From assembly GCF_009914755.1 (NCBI RefSeq), contig NC_060925.1: a DNA stretch of 64,000 bases; one strand, 5' to 3'. A model generated the notes under the pieces. That model was not told the origin of the DNA, made no database searches, and saw only the letters and a list, made by a program, of their open reading frames with translations. A program made the translations under genes and the position numbers. Positions 42,434 to 59,056 of the stretch are shown here, piece by piece. The stretch comes from the human T2T-CHM13v2.0 reference genome, Homo sapiens. Numbering within the stretch: position 1 is the stretch's first letter; every line of letters begins with the position of its first letter.

Positions 42434-45234
42434 GTCAGTTTTTACAATCTTTGCCAATGTGATAGATATCTGTTACATTCTTGGGTGGTAATAGCAGAAA
42501 TCCTCATATTATTAATAATCTGTAAAACCATCATAGTGTATGAAAGAAATTTGCAATTGTCCTGAAATGAGTTTCTTTAAAAATATTTTAGGTAAAAGTA
42601 ATCTGTGACCAAAAAAAAAATTACTGATTAAAGTTGGAATTTCAGCATTTTTTTTTTTGGAGAGCTAGAATTTTAATGTTCTTTTATTAAAATGACAAAC
42701 ATGAGAAAGCTTGTTTTATAGTATGTAATAAATATAAATATTATGTAAAACTAAATTATTTCAGATAGATGAGGGGGGTAGTCACATGGTTCTGACTTTG
42801 AAAAAACAAAAAAAAAATCTGTGAATGTTTAGAGCAGTAGCTCTGGAGTTGGGCAGCCTGGGTTTGTGTCCTTGCTTTGCCACTTACTAAGTACATGATT
42901 GGAGGCAACCTGCTAAATATGTGTATGATTTGATTTTTCTGAACCTTGGCTTCCTTATTTTTATAAAAGGAGAATAATATCTACCCCATAGGATTGTTGA
43001 GAGGATTAGAATAATGTGTAAGACCACTTGGCACATAGGTATTTAATAAAAACTAGCTATTTTCGTTAAATTTGTTTTTTCTGCCAGTCTCCTCAAGGGC
43101 AAGAAATATCTCATTTTTGTGTTTCTGTTTACATGAATAAATACTGAAATGCAAATGGGCTGTGGTGAGCAGTGGCAGCAGGAGGGGAATGGTGGACATT
43201 CTTTGTGGTAGGAATGGCATGTGCCAAGATAGAAAGAAAGTTCAGGAGAAGTTGGAGGACAGGTGATTAATTTGACAGAAGCCTAGGCTTTTGTATAGTT
43301 AGAAAATATGGAGATAAGGGAGAATTATGGAGATTGGGGCTAGACTTTTAAGCCATTGAATGCTAGGTTGATAAGTGTAGACTTTTTCAGGAGTACAAGC
43401 TTTGGTATGTGGAAAATGACTTGATAAAAGCATTCATCGAAAAGCAGATGAATTCGCTTGTAGAGTAAAGAATGAATTGAGGAAGGAAGAGGTTGAAGAC
43501 AGGGAATCTGGATTAATAGTAACACAGGTAAGGTAAGATCTGAGGGTTTAAAGGAAAACAAAAGGGAGGGTTTTGGAGGAAGTGCTTAGGCTTCATGTTT
43601 GTGAAGATCTGTACAACCAATTTGGAGATCAAATTCAAAAGAAACAGCCTAGGCTTACATGCAGTTAGGCAGCCTTTGAGAGAAGATGGGACTCAGTACA
43701 CTTTGGTTGTTACTATTGTTTTTTTAAAAATTGAAGGATAAAACATTCCAAGATTCCTATCATTTCGTCAGTAAAAAGCATATATTTATGCTTTTAAAAA
43801 TATATATGTACAATCTCCTGCAGTAATTTTATTTAGTTAGCATTTTGAGTTCTTGGTTAACAGGATATCCTCGCTTTTAGACTTTGTATTTCTGGAGCTA
43901 TTACCTTAAAACTCTTCACTGTAAGGTGAAATTCTTCTGCATGTGGTTTTTGTAGCATTTGTGATTGCTGCAGGACTTTAAAAAAACCAGTCGTGTGAGC
44001 AGAGGTGATGAGAAGTGAAATACAGACTTCTTGTTTGTTAAGCAGCTTCTAAGTAAAATATAGGAGCAAAAAAATGGGAAATTGTGTGTATGATGTTTAG
44101 AAAAACATTACTTTTAGTATTCCTGTTTTCTCTCTCAGCCCTGAATTTTCCTAATTAAAAAAAGAGAGTTTGCAGATGCCATTTTTAGTCATTCTAGAAC
44201 CTGACTAGAGCTCTACTCATACTTTCCACTTGACTGAATAATATAAAGCAAGTTAGCCAGAGATTGATATTAATAGTATTTCTTTTTGACTGATAAGTAA
44301 ACTCACATGAACTGTGAATTGTCTGCTCGGTATCTTCCAATGGAGAAAAGAAGCAACCACCAATTTAAAAAAATACAGGCTTGTGATACTTATAAGGTGT
44401 TTGCATTTTTTAAAACAGTGAGTTATCATACCTTTCTTAATGTTTCTTTTAGTTTCCAAATACTGCCTAAATTCAGAAATAAAGTACTTATTATTTTTAT
44501 TCAAATCTCTTCCCTTTAAAACTATCCTTGAAAATATTTTTAAATTAATAAGCAAATGTAACTCACAGTGCTCGTAGTGTTGGGGATTGTGTGCGTGTGA
44601 CTTTTTTTTACAAATACTGTGTTTTTCCTGTGTGAATCTGCAAAAGCCCAGATCTGGTCAACTGAATGAAATTTCATTTGCTAAAGGGATCTCAGATATT
44701 CAAAACGATGATTTAATGTCTACAAACTATAAGAGTCTCTTTTAAATAGGTTTGAGGATACTTCTGCCTGTTTGTCCAGCAGAATCTGAACTACAGTCAT
44801 TCTCTCCCCATCATTCCTACTCCTTAAACTATAGCTGAGAGAATAGCATAGTCCTTAGTTTGGGCCATTCTGGCATTGCCACTATGATGGCCTGTTGTCT
44901 TACATTTTTAGAAACTTGCTTGCATCTTGACAGAAAAAATAAATTATTAAATTAAGTAGCTAGCAGTTTATGGGATACTGTTATAAGATAGTTCATTTAA
45001 TTTTTACATGAGGTGAAATACGAAATGTCTGAAATGTGAATAGACTTTTATATGCTTCTATCCCAAAGGATTAAAATAAAACAAAATGAAGTGTACTGGT
45101 TGAATAGAATATTATGTACATTTTTCTTTATCAGAAGATTTTTTCATACTCCTTTTGAATCAGCAATTTTGAATGCTAAATATAAATTCTTGACTAAGAA
45201 ATCATTCCCTACAGTAATAATAAACAGTTTGGTT

Positions 45235-45715
45235 AGTCGTCCAACATGTATTTATTGAGTGATTATTGAGTGCTTGATACTATTCTAGGAACCACAGATT
45301 TAGCAGTGAATAAGACGTGCTTTCATGGCAATTTTTATACCACTGAAGGGTTGATGATAGTAGAGAGACACAGTAGAAAAACAAGTAAATAAGATAATTT
45401 CAGAGGTCCCAAATGCCATGAAGAAACTATAGCAAGATGAAATGATAGAGAATGATGAAAGGGTTTTAAATTGAGTGTTGTGGAAAAGCTCGCTGAGATG
45501 GTGATATTTAATGTGGCACCTGAATTACAAAATGCCAGACATATAACAGTATATAAGAAGAATGAACCAGGCAGAGAAAGGGCCCGTTGGTGCAAAGGCC
45601 CTAAAGTGGGAAGCAGATCATCATGTTTGAGGAAGAACAAAAAGACCCTTGTCATCACAAGGCTAGGAAAAGCCTGGTAGATGAGGTTGATAGGGAACAG
45701 CTCACTGGATATCAT
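45235..45715 (-). mobile_element. L2 fragment
   Basis: Antisense L2 3' end (CAACATGTATTTATTGAGTG..) and GGTGCAAAGGCCCTAAAGTGGGAA motif. Confidence 0.7.
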
Positions 45716-47499
45716 TATTTCTCTTTATGGGTAAATATATGCAACTTGTGAATTTGAAGATGGTGTTACTAATAATACTCATTTAAATCTGTAGGGTAAC
45801 CAGTAGTTTTTCTAGACATACAGAATCACTAATTCCTGGTCCATAAATTATGTTTTTCCCAGGGATCTGCAGAGATAGGAAGGAATTATGATTAGTATTA
45901 CAAAAAGTCAAATGAAAATTGTGCATTTACTCTAAATAGACTTATACAGATAAAATATTATGTATCTTTTCTTTGACCAGTGATTATATTGACTCAAATC
46001 ATTATCATACATTGTAGCGATTTGCAGATTGTTAAGGAAATAAAATATTGTACTTATCCCTTCAAGATCCTAGCACTGGGTTTTGTTAGTTTTTAAGTCT
46101 TTGGCAATTTGAGAATTTTGATTAGCTTTTACTTATGTGATTAATAAGATGTCATTGCAGTTGGTAGACAAAAATCTTTAAACACGTGAAATCCATGGAA
46201 TAGAATAAAGTTTTTTTATAGAAAGGTTGGGAGCCATTGATTAATGTCCTATCTGTAATGGACCTACAGGGAGAAGGGAACTCATATGTTTTTGAGTGTA
46301 GACCCCTTACATCCTATTTAATTTGCACAGTAAATCTACAAAGTAGATATTGTTATTGTCCAGTTTTTTTACAGGTGATGAAACTCAAAGTAATTATGTA
46401 ATTTGTGAAAATTTACACAGCTCTAATTATAGAGAATCACGTGGGTAGTAAACTTCCAGAAGAAGGGACTTTTGCAATACAAAGCAGAAAATAGGTGATC
46501 AATACATATTTGTATCTTGCTTAAATGTAAACATGAATGAATGAGTAAATGACAGGAGACTGCCTCTGTCCCTATACTGTTTTCAGTGAGTCACACCATT
46601 TTTCTCCTAAATGAGTCTAGAAAATTTCTTCAGAAATAAAGTGACTTAACCTGTCTTTTTTTCCATAAATCATATGGTGAAAATCCTGAGGAGAGAAATA
46701 AAGACCAAACACTTACAAAGTATAATTTTCTCTTGGGCTTTGTTAACTGAGTAATTTGTAGAGTTTTTGGCTTTAAAAAAAAAAAGTCTGCTTTGCACCA
46801 TAGTGTTCATTATCAATAACATCTTTTGGTTCTGTTTATATCTTAATTTTTTTTGTAACCATTTAAGAATTTAGTATTCTGAAATGAGGTGATGGAATTA
46901 CAGTAGTCCAAATGTTTATGTAGCCAATGTTAGTTGTCTGCCTAATATCTATCACAGTCTGTGGGGAGTGGGGCAGGGTTGGTGGCATGTGTTTGTTTCT
47001 GTCTTCTATTAGAATATCAAAGTGTGTGATTTGTTGCTCAGAAATATGAACTCATAATTCTGGGTCATTTAATGGTTAGTAGGATAAATGAGGGCTTTTT
47101 TTTTTTTTAAACTAATGCCTACACCCAGGCAGAATAGGAGTATGAAATCTCTAAACCCTGTGTTTATAAAGTTTCTAATCCTTCAAATTAATTAATATCT
47201 TAATAAATTCTAAGTTTAGTATTCTTTTAAATGAATATCATAGGAATGGATACCTAGAGGATGAAAGTAAATATAAGTAATTGAGAAATTGAAAGAAATC
47301 AGAGTAAGGTTGAGAAAGGAACGTAATTATGATACAGAATTTACCATAGGGGAATAACACATGGAAGTTGACGTGCTAGACTGTGGAAAAGGAATTTATT
47401 TTCTCAAAAAAGAGAAATGAAATTGATGGAATGAGGGCTAGGAGGAGGTAAATTATGGTTGAAGGAGTAGAATACTTTGGATTAGATATTGGAGCCTAC

Positions 47500-47814
<315 letters not shown>

Positions 47815-49368
47815 GATACTGCAGCCTGCAGGGACCTTCAGAGAGAATATGATTAATCTGTCACCATTTGTGGCAGTATAATTACTACTTCATGAGGTAT
47901 GGTGTCTTGTTGGTTTGAGTTGGAAGGACAATAAACCTAGATCGAATGAAGAGGGTTGTTGTGAAGAGGTAACATATTTTAAAATTTGTTTCTAGTTGTC
48001 TGAGACTTGGTATGACAGGTCTATAAAAGATAACTTTATGTGATATTTTGGTTCTTGGTATCCTCAAAGTGTTGGTTTTTAATTTTTCCTGGTGGATTTC
48101 TGTATGTCAGCTTTAGACTGCCCTATTGTTGCATCCTGCTGTTCTCCATTCTAATCATACAGTTGATTTGGTAATGACATACATAACCCCTGGCATGAAG
48201 TTTTTATGCTTCAGAAAATTGTTTGGCATATAAAGTGCAAGTATCAATTTGCTCTATAGATGTGTATCTATAAAAACTGGTGTGATTATTTAAGGATATC
48301 AGATTAACTTAAGAAAAACCATAGGCAAGTGATTTGGGAGGGAGAATCTTATAATCAGACACACCTTTATTTGCATGTTTAGATTTTCATATATTAGGTT
48401 ATTTCGGTAGTGTTTCTTTTTCGTTCAACTGGTAAGAAGCCTGGGACTTTAGTATCTCGAAATTGGTCAAATAGTATATACTCTTAAAAAGTTTCTGTGT
48501 CTTTTAAATACCGAGTTTCACACCTAGGACAAACCTCAGTTGTAAAACATCCCTTTGAATTTTAAATTACTGTTTAATAACTTCTGACTAGTATTTCACT
48601 CAAGTGTTACAACTTTTACATTGGAATATGATAGCATTATAATTCAAGAACCAACCAAAATCTGCAGTAGAAACCATGGGTTGGAGGGTTTTAGATGATA
48701 TACTCATCCTAATATTCCCATTAGGCTTCAGACGTGGACTGCTGTCACAACAGAACATACTTGAGATGTGTCACCACTCAGTGCCATCTGCCTACATGGG
48801 TACATAAGCTATATAGTAGGCCTTAAATATTGGACATAAAGAATCATTGCTTTGTGGTTTTCTTAGCTGACTCTGCTTAACTTCTAGTGTTCTGGGCTGA
48901 GCCTGTAGTCAATTTTGATCTTTTGCATTTATAACAACACTCCCATAACCACATGTTCAGTGTCCTCTGTGTGTTGGTATACCAAAGATGGACATGTGAA
49001 ATTTTTTAATAGTGCAAAGAAATTGGCTGTTTAATCAGTAAAATTTAAAGGTGATTTTAAAAACATTCAAATATTTGAGAGAGTGCCCTTTATATGAAGG
49101 ACCAACTATCTCTTCCCTCCCTGGTTAATTTTCACAATATAATAAATATTTTTTAGTTATATAGGCCAAAGTGTTCTATAGAAAATCAATCATAAAATTG
49201 CATTTGTCTGTGCTATTTTTAAAAAGTTCTCTATTGTTACATTGGTAAATGCAGATTACCAGTGTTTACATAGTATGATTTTAGTACTTATTTTTAAAAT
49301 ATATATCTATTCATATGTAGAATATAGGCTAAAAGGAAACACCAAAAGACCTAGATTATTATCTCTGA

Positions 49369-49812
<444 letters not shown>

Positions 49813-50424
49813 TGTTCATATATTTTATAATCAAACTAAAAGTTCTAAAATCAATTCATTATAGAGTATGAAATTAAATTTAATAAAGCTTTTAAAGATA
49901 AAGATTCTTAGGTGATAAAATGAGTTAAAGGCTTTACAAATAATAAATAGGATTTCTGAAATGGAATTTTATGTTATGGTAAACATTTTTCCTTTAAAAC
50001 TAAAACAGATGCAAAATTAAGTTGCCATTTTCTGGGCATGGGGATGGGAGAAATAGGAAAGATTTTGTACTGTTGTACCTTGCCTTGGAAACCTTTTGAT
50101 TCTTCTAACTCAGATTTGCTTCAGTTACGTCATATGCTGTTTTATGGATAAGTGTTTAATTATAGGATTTAAACTTATTTATATAAATGGTATGCAAAAT
50201 CTTGCTTTGAATATTTGGTCATTTGTATTTGTGGTCAGCAGGCAAAACACTTTGCAAAAGTTTGCATGTAGTGCCTACCAGTTTTTCTCAGTTTTCTCAT
50301 CTGTCAGTGGAGAAAGAACAATATCTATATCTTGTTTGAGGATTAAATAAGCATGCCTGAGGTACAAGAAGCACTTAAAATTATTGCTGCTGTTATTACC
50401 CCAAAGTTGGGATTGATGTTTCTT

Positions 50425-50742
<318 letters not shown>

Positions 50743-51342
50743 AGCATTGATGTTTCCATGAAACTGAGGTAAAAGATCCCTAGGGACTGGAACAATATCT
50801 TATGCCATGTATCCCCTATTTTGGTCAACCCTGTGTATTCCCCATTAATTAAGTGGGACGGTTAGTTCCTCACTTAGGTAGTTTCATTGTTTATGTATAC
50901 AATAAATCTTTGGCATTCACGACTTAATAGTTTAGACCTAAAGTATTTAGCATGAAAAATTTATAATCTGGTATGGGCAAAATTTTGAATTCAAGGCTGA
51001 TGTGCTGAACAAGTCTGTTAACTAGAGAATTGAATATAGCTGACAGTATCCCAGTTTTTATTACCCAACAGTGACGTGACTTTTGTTCTCTACTTAATTT
51101 TCATCCTAGAATTAAAAACTGTTTCTTTGTGAATTTAGTGCCCGGGGAAAGCCAGTAGTTAATACTGGTTTTTGCAGATTTAGATAAACTCTTGATTTTA
51201 GACAACAAACACTATGGCAATAAAGTAAGTTTATTTTAGTAGCAATTCAATTCATGAGTGTTGCTTATTTCTTTTCTGTTCTTCACAATGTCTTGCGCCC
51301 AGTGGAGATAATGAACAATAAGGTGTGTTTGGTAGTTTGTGA

Positions 51343-51647
<305 letters not shown>

Positions 51648-53294
51648 AAGAAATGTAAATCTTTGAATTCATTAAAGGAAAGGGGTGAGTTGACTGGGAA
51701 TTTCTAGATTTCTAGGCTCTTATATTATTTCTATTACTTCAGTACATAATTTTTTAAATCTCTCAGGCCAAATTAAAATATATTTCCTGTCTAGATTTCA
51801 TATTTCCATGGAGTGGTGTGATGATGTAAGTGTGCTTCATTTAATAAAAGCCACTCCGGTATACCTCATAACCTTGCAGAAATACTGATTTTATGGGTCT
51901 GTGATAGGGCTAGGGTGCTGTATTTTACTCCTGTGATCCTCAGATGATTCTGATGAGATGCTTTTTCAATTTATTTATCTCCATATTTTCATTTTAGTGT
52001 TATTTTTAAAAAATGGTTTGTATTATATTTTTAAAGCCATAGGAATAAAGAAGTACATTTTATAGTTAATAATGAAAATTAATGATATATCTTAGCTTTC
52101 CATGGTTATGTTTTGTTTTACTTTTTCAATTAGTTAAATGTACATAGATTACTTAAGTCAAACTCAAGTAATACCAAGTTCACTGTAGAAAAAAATAAAG
52201 TACCAATTAGACATTATTTCTCAGCCTTTTTAGATATTTTTCTAATTGTCCCCCTCATGAAATTTTAATGCCACAGATATAACTGTATATTTGTTTATGT
52301 ATTGTATGTATATCTGTGTTTTATGCACTAAAAGAATAAGAATTATTTTTTTGCCCCTCAAGAGCCAATTTTCACCCCATTGGTGGTGATACTGCTCCTG
52401 TTGAGAATGCATGCAATAAGCCAAAAGAAAAATCACCTTTAATTTTACCTTACAACTTGTTAACATTTTGGTGTACATCTTTCTCAGTGATGTTCAATGC
52501 ATATATGCCTTTTCTTTGATGAAAATGAAATCAGATACATAATACTTCATGCTCCTGTTTTTCTTAATATTTTGTGAATTTTCATGATAAATGAGTATCT
52601 TTTAACAGTACCCCATCTCTAATGGATAAATACTATAGATGTATAGTAGTATGTGAATTTGCCATCATTTGTTTAAATGATTTGTCTATAGTTTTCAATT
52701 TTTTATTATAAAAGTTCTACTATGAATATCATTATAGTTGAATTTTTCCATGCATCCTTAATTATTTCTGTAGGATAAATTCCAAAAAGTAGAATTACTT
52801 CATTCTGTACATTTTAATATTTTTTGGTGTATATGACTTAGAAAGTGAAAGTCCATTTCCCCAAGGACAGCCACCATCAAAATCAATCTTTGTCTAGCCT
52901 TTTCTTGTATATATCCTAACATAAATAACTATATATATTATTTATATAAAACCTACATATAAATAATTTTATATAGCTGTTTCTGTCTCTTAAAAAAGAA
53001 AAATATATTGTTCCTTAACTACAGCAAGTTGCTTTTTTGCCTAACGCATTTTGCCTGAGAGATTTTAGTCATCCCATATCACTATGTATAATTCTACCTC
53101 ATTCTTGTAAGCTGTATGATACATAGTAATTTGTCCATTCTTCTACGGAAGGATCTTTTCTTTCCCATTTTGTTTTGTTTTTGCGTATGTCTTTGTTTTT
53201 TATTTCTGCAGCATAAATTCCCATTTGTAATAGAATTCTGGGTCATTTATGAATTGAAAGTACTTTATATGTGCTGGTCTTTTTCTGTGTTTAT

Positions 53295-53592
53295 TTTTCT
53301 TTCTTTCTTTCTTTTCTGTTTTTGTTTTTGAGACAGAATCTTAATCCTACCCCCGGGCTAGGGTGCTGTGGCAGGGTCACGGCTTATCCACTCAGGTGAT
53401 TCCCCCACCTTAGCCTCCTGAGTAGCTGGGACTACAGGCGCATGCCAACATGCCTGGCTAACTTTTTGTATTTTTTGTAGAGACAGTGCTTTGCTGTGTT
53501 GCCCAGAATGGTCTTGAACTCTTGGGCTCAAGCCATTCACCCACCTTTGCCCCCCAAAGTTCTGGGATTATAGGTGTGAGCCACCGTACCCT
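53295..53592 (-). mobile_element. AluJ-like
   Basis: Diverged Alu reverse complement. Confidence 0.88.
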
Positions 53593-55538
53593 GTGTTTTC
53601 TATTTTTTTCATTCCTTTATTTGCCTACTCTGGTATTGGACCAGATGTTAATTACTTTTGTATCAGGAAATATAACATGTTCTAATAAGTAGGCAGATAA
53701 GTCACAGTTGAATTTTGGCTAGGTGTTGGTTTTTATCTTTTTTTTTTTTAAGACAAGTATATGTATTTTAAGTAGTCTAGAATAATACAGATTTTTGAGG
53801 ACTTTTAGGTCCAGGCAGTAATTCAGAACTCTAAAGGCACATCAAAGTTGCATAGTGAACAAACAAGCTATTGAGCTGTGAGCTTTCTGGGAATACTTGG
53901 AACCATAACATTTCTGTCAAATATGCCTTTTAATCTTTGGTTTATTGATTGAAGTATTTTGGACTTATACTCTTTCTGCTATCAAGGTTTTATTCTTTTT
54001 AAAGGAGATACACTATCTTTTTTACATTTCTGGTAATGTGTTTAGTTTAGGTACATCATACTGTGTTGTTTCTGCTTATTTCTGTAGTTCTCTACTTATA
54101 CCTTCAGAGTTATACATAGATTTTCCTGAGGTTTATTAATCTAATATAGCTCAAAATATCAGAATAGATGTTATAGTAGGTAACACTTTTCTGAATTAGA
54201 ATCCGATTTTTTAAGAATCTAGTGTTTTGGCTGGATTTATGTAGGTTTCTTTATGAGAAAACAGTAAACATTGCAGAAGAATTACACTTTGCTTTTTAAA
54301 GTAGAAATGTGTTTAGTTTCTAAAAATGCTAATTTTTTTCTGAGACTATTCTTTCTTTAAATGTAGCCACTCACAGCATTGTTAAAATTTTTAAATGTTG
54401 ATTCTGATACTATATACTATTAGTAACTAATACATTATGAACTTTTTTTTTTTTTCCTTAGGACATACTGTCAGGTGAGATTCTCAAATGGTTTTAGTGT
54501 TCTGGAAGAGTTAGTTTACCTTTGTAATGAAAAATCTCTCATGAGAGTACTGCACTCACCGCTAGGATGAAAACTAATCAAATAAATATAAAAAATGGTA
54601 GTCAGTACCCAGGCATTTCAGACAGGACTGTTGTCTGACACTAGCCTCCCTTGGAGTTGAATTGTCACCACAGCCAGGTTAAGCTTATTACAGAGGTTTA
54701 CCTTGCTTTGGATTGTGGGTCTGCGTCTATCAAAGTGAAAAGCCAACTTTTTCCCCTCATGGTAGTGGTATGCTTTTTGCATGGTGTGTTTATGAAAATT
54801 AACATCACAATGGTGATTTTGTGTCGAGGTTTACCATTTAACTAGATTAGAGATTGTATTCTTTGGTGCAAAATTTAACCTAAATGCTTTGTGAATGTAC
54901 ACAAAACTGAGTCCTTTATCTCAGAATCACAGCTGCAAACAAATGACAACCCATGCTTGAGCATTAACTCATTATCACTTAGACCTTTGGCCAAGCCTGT
55001 GATTGCTTAGATAAAGCCTTACCCTCCACCTTTGCCTACTTCTTTGTTTTTTGAAGACTGAAGCCATATAAAAACTTCAAATTCATTTAACTGAATAGTC
55101 CATGTAAGGAGGATGTTTAACTTATTTTTAGGACAATATTTGATTTTAACTAAATATTATGTGAGACTATTATAAGTGATTATAAAACTATGTGATATTT
55201 TGTGTTTTATAAAACTTCAAATGTTTTCATTTTATTATTTCTCATTATTTAAAACATTTTTTCCTCACTAAATATTGTGATAAATTAGTATCAGTAAGAC
55301 TTTAATTAATAATAGCCATCTGATAGCAGGGATTCTTTAATAGATTTGTTAGAGTATACATCTTCACAGTACATAAAAGTTGAGAGATTTTTATGTTTTG
55401 TGTAGTGACTTAAAAGTAAGCTGTTTTTCAGGAAAGTATTAAATAATTGTTACTAGCTCTTTTTTATAATTATTTTCCTATTCAAAGTAATAATAAAGTA
55501 ATCCTTGAACATCCTTTTAGTTAACACACGATTTTTTA

Positions 55539-55853
<315 letters not shown>

Positions 55854-56839
55854 CACCACTATTTTTGTTAAGTAATGTATTTTAAAAGGAATACGAGTAA
55901 TGCCCTGAAAAGTACAGATCAAGAAAAGAATGCAAATGAGACAAAAATAATGGTTATCAGTTTGCTGTGTATCCTTACAGAAGTTTCCTGTAAAAACATG
56001 CATATGTACATATATGCATATATAGAAATAATTAGTTTTCTTTTTACAATTCCTTTTGTTTTTAAGTCTTCAGGTGTAGCAATGAGACAAGAAGACTAGT
56101 TCTATATTAGCATGTTAGCAAATAAAAATTCCATTCTTCAGAGATAAGTTTTGTCAAGTTTCTCTCATCTTTCTGCTTGCTCCTCCCTTCACTCTTATTC
56201 TGTTCTTACCACTCTTCTCCTTGAGAGGAGAGAACGTATAGTGTGGTGGATTGCAACGCTGGCTTGGCTATACATTAGATTTAACTGGGAGCTTTGAGAA
56301 ATATCCACATTCTGGCTCCACCTTCCAGATTCTTAATTAATTGGTCATAATGATGCAGGGGATGTGGGAGGAGAACGTTCTTTATCTTAGCCTGCATATG
56401 GAAGCTTGCCTCAGCTTCAGAGTTCAAATATGGTTTGCGGGAAAGCAATGGTTGAATCCAAGGGGCCATCTTCCTCAGTTTCTCTATCTTCTAGAAGGAA
56501 GGGGTGTGTGCGTGTGTGTGTGTGTGCGCGCGCATGCACATAGGTCTTTGTAATCCTTTAAATTCTCTAAGAAATGTACCACCACAGATTTCTAATTTAT
56601 TCTAGTATTGGTTCATCCATAGTGTTTGTATACTTTAATTCTAAAGAAAAATAATATTTGCATAGTACAGATTAGATAGACAAGAAGATGACTGGTAAGG
56701 CAATATAGTATTGTAGTTAACCACACTGATGCTAGAGCCACAGTGCCAGAGTTATAATCCTGGCTCCATAATTTATGTATGTTGAGCTTGGACAAGTTAG
56801 TTTTAGCCTTTTTGCCTCGTCTATAAAATGGGGACAGTA

Positions 56840-57146
<307 letters not shown>

Positions 57147-57369
57147 AAATAAAGGGACAATAATCCCCACCCCATAGAAATGTGAGGATTAAAAATACTA
57201 GTAGATGTAAAGTGCTCAAACAGTATTTTATGCATGGTAAATGTACAATAAATAACAGTTAATTAGTTTATTCCTTTCTTGTAGTCTATTTTCTAACATT
57301 TCTTACCCCTTTCTTGCTTATTCCTCCTGAAGTTAATGCGTCTTCTGATAAACTAGAGTAGGTGTTAAC

Positions 57370-57947
57370 TTTTTTTTTTTTTTTGAGACGGTGTCTCACT
57401 GTCTCCCAGGCTAGAGTTCAGTGGCACTATCTTAGCTCACTGCAAGCTCCGCCTCCTAGGTTCACGCCATTCTCCTGCGTCAGCCTCCTGAGTAGCTGGG
57501 ACTACAGGCGCCTGCCACCACGCGCGGCTAAATTTTTGTATTTTTAGCAGAGACAGGGTTTCACCATGTTAGCCAGGATGGTTTCGATCTCCTGACCTCG
57601 TGATCCACCCGCCTTGGCCTCCCAAGGTGCTGGGATTACAGGCGTGAGCCGCCGTGCCCAGCCTTTTTTTTTTTTTTTTTTGAGGCAAAGTCTCGCTGTG
57701 TCGCCCAGGCTGGAGTGTAGTGTGATCTTGGCTCACTCCTGGGTTCAGGTGATTCTCCTGCCTCAGCCTCCCGGGTAGCTGGGACTACAGGTGTGCGCCA
57801 CCACACCCGGCTAATTTTTTGTTATTATTAGTAGAGATGGGGTTTCACCGTGTTGGTCAGGCTGGTCTCAAACTCCTGATCTTGTGATCTGCCCACCTCA
57901 GCCTCCCAAAGTGCTGGGATTACAGGCGTGAGCCACTGCGCCCGGCC
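57370..57947 (-). mobile_element. Two tandem Alus (AluY 57370-57663; AluS 57664-57947)
   Basis: Two consecutive reverse-complement dimers, each starting with poly-T. Confidence 0.93.
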
Positions 57948-58202
57948 AGCTAATTTTTTTTGTAAGGGGCCAGATAGTAAGTACTTTAGGATTTTGGGGC
58001 CATATGGTCCCTGTTGCAGATATTCAACTCTGCTGTTATAGGGTGAAAGCCATTTACATAAGCAAATGAGAGTGATTGTGTCTCCTTTATTTATGAACAC
58101 TGAAGGTGTCCTTAAATATAGAAACAGTCCTTAGTTCACAAGCCACGCAAAAACAGACAGTGGCCCAGATTTGGCCTGTGGTTCATAGTGTGCTGGCCCC
58201 TG
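57948..58202. mobile_element. hAT-Charlie relic (MER58-like)
   Basis: GGGGCCAGATAGTAAGTACTTTAGG...GGCCCAGATTTGGCCTGTGG..GGCCCCTG. Confidence 0.75.
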
Positions 58203-58617
58203 AAGTAAGGTAAACAAACCTGCACATTCTGATAACTATTTTAGACGTCTTTTCTTTCTTGGACATGCCTTCATTTTTAAATTTCTCTGTACTTTGGGAT
58301 ACTCTAGAAAGTTAATTTTTTGGCATCAAGTTTAGAACTTTAAAATTCTACTCACAGCTTTGAGCTTAAGCTGTTTATTAGCACTATTTGAAACAGTGAA
58401 ACTTTGTGAACTCTCTCCTCCTCAAACAATGACATATATAACTGTATTTAGGGTTCTTTGGTTGCAAGCAACAGAACCATCATGGTTCATTGGAGATTTT
58501 ATTCTTTGGTACAGAATTTAACTTAAATGCCTTGTGGATGTACATGAAACTGAGTCCTTTATTTCAGAGTCATAGCAGCAAGCAAATGACAACCCGTGCT
58601 TATCATCAGCACTGGTG

Positions 58618-59056
58618 TGTAGTAGGTCTTCTCTCAGAGAACTGGGCAGATACCTACAGAACCTATAAGACCATACACACATTCACATACCATACACACA
58701 CATGCATACATTATGTAAATAAAGATACTTATTTCAAGGAATTGGCTTATGTGATTGTGGGGGCTGGAAAGTCCAAAATCTATATGGCAGGCCAACACAT
58801 TGCAGATTCTGTAGCTGAAGCTGATAATGCAGTCTTTCAGTAGAATTTCTTCTTCAGCGAAACCTGAGTTTTGCTCTTAAGGCTTTTCAACTGATTGGAT
58901 GAGGCCTACTCACATTATTGACGATAATCTCCTTAAAGTCAGCTGATTGTGGATGTTAACCACATTTAGATAATACCTTCATGGCAACACTTCCATCTGT
59001 TTGAATAACTGGGTACTATAGTCTAGCCAAGTTGACATGTCCAACTAACCGTTACA
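58618..59056 (-). mobile_element. ERVL solo LTR (MLT2-like), inside an older MaLR LTR relic (~58443-59525)
   Basis: TGTAGTAGGTCTTCTCTCAGAGAAC...AGTTGACATGTCCAACTAACCGTTACA; near-TSD TGGTG/TGGTT. Confidence 0.75.
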
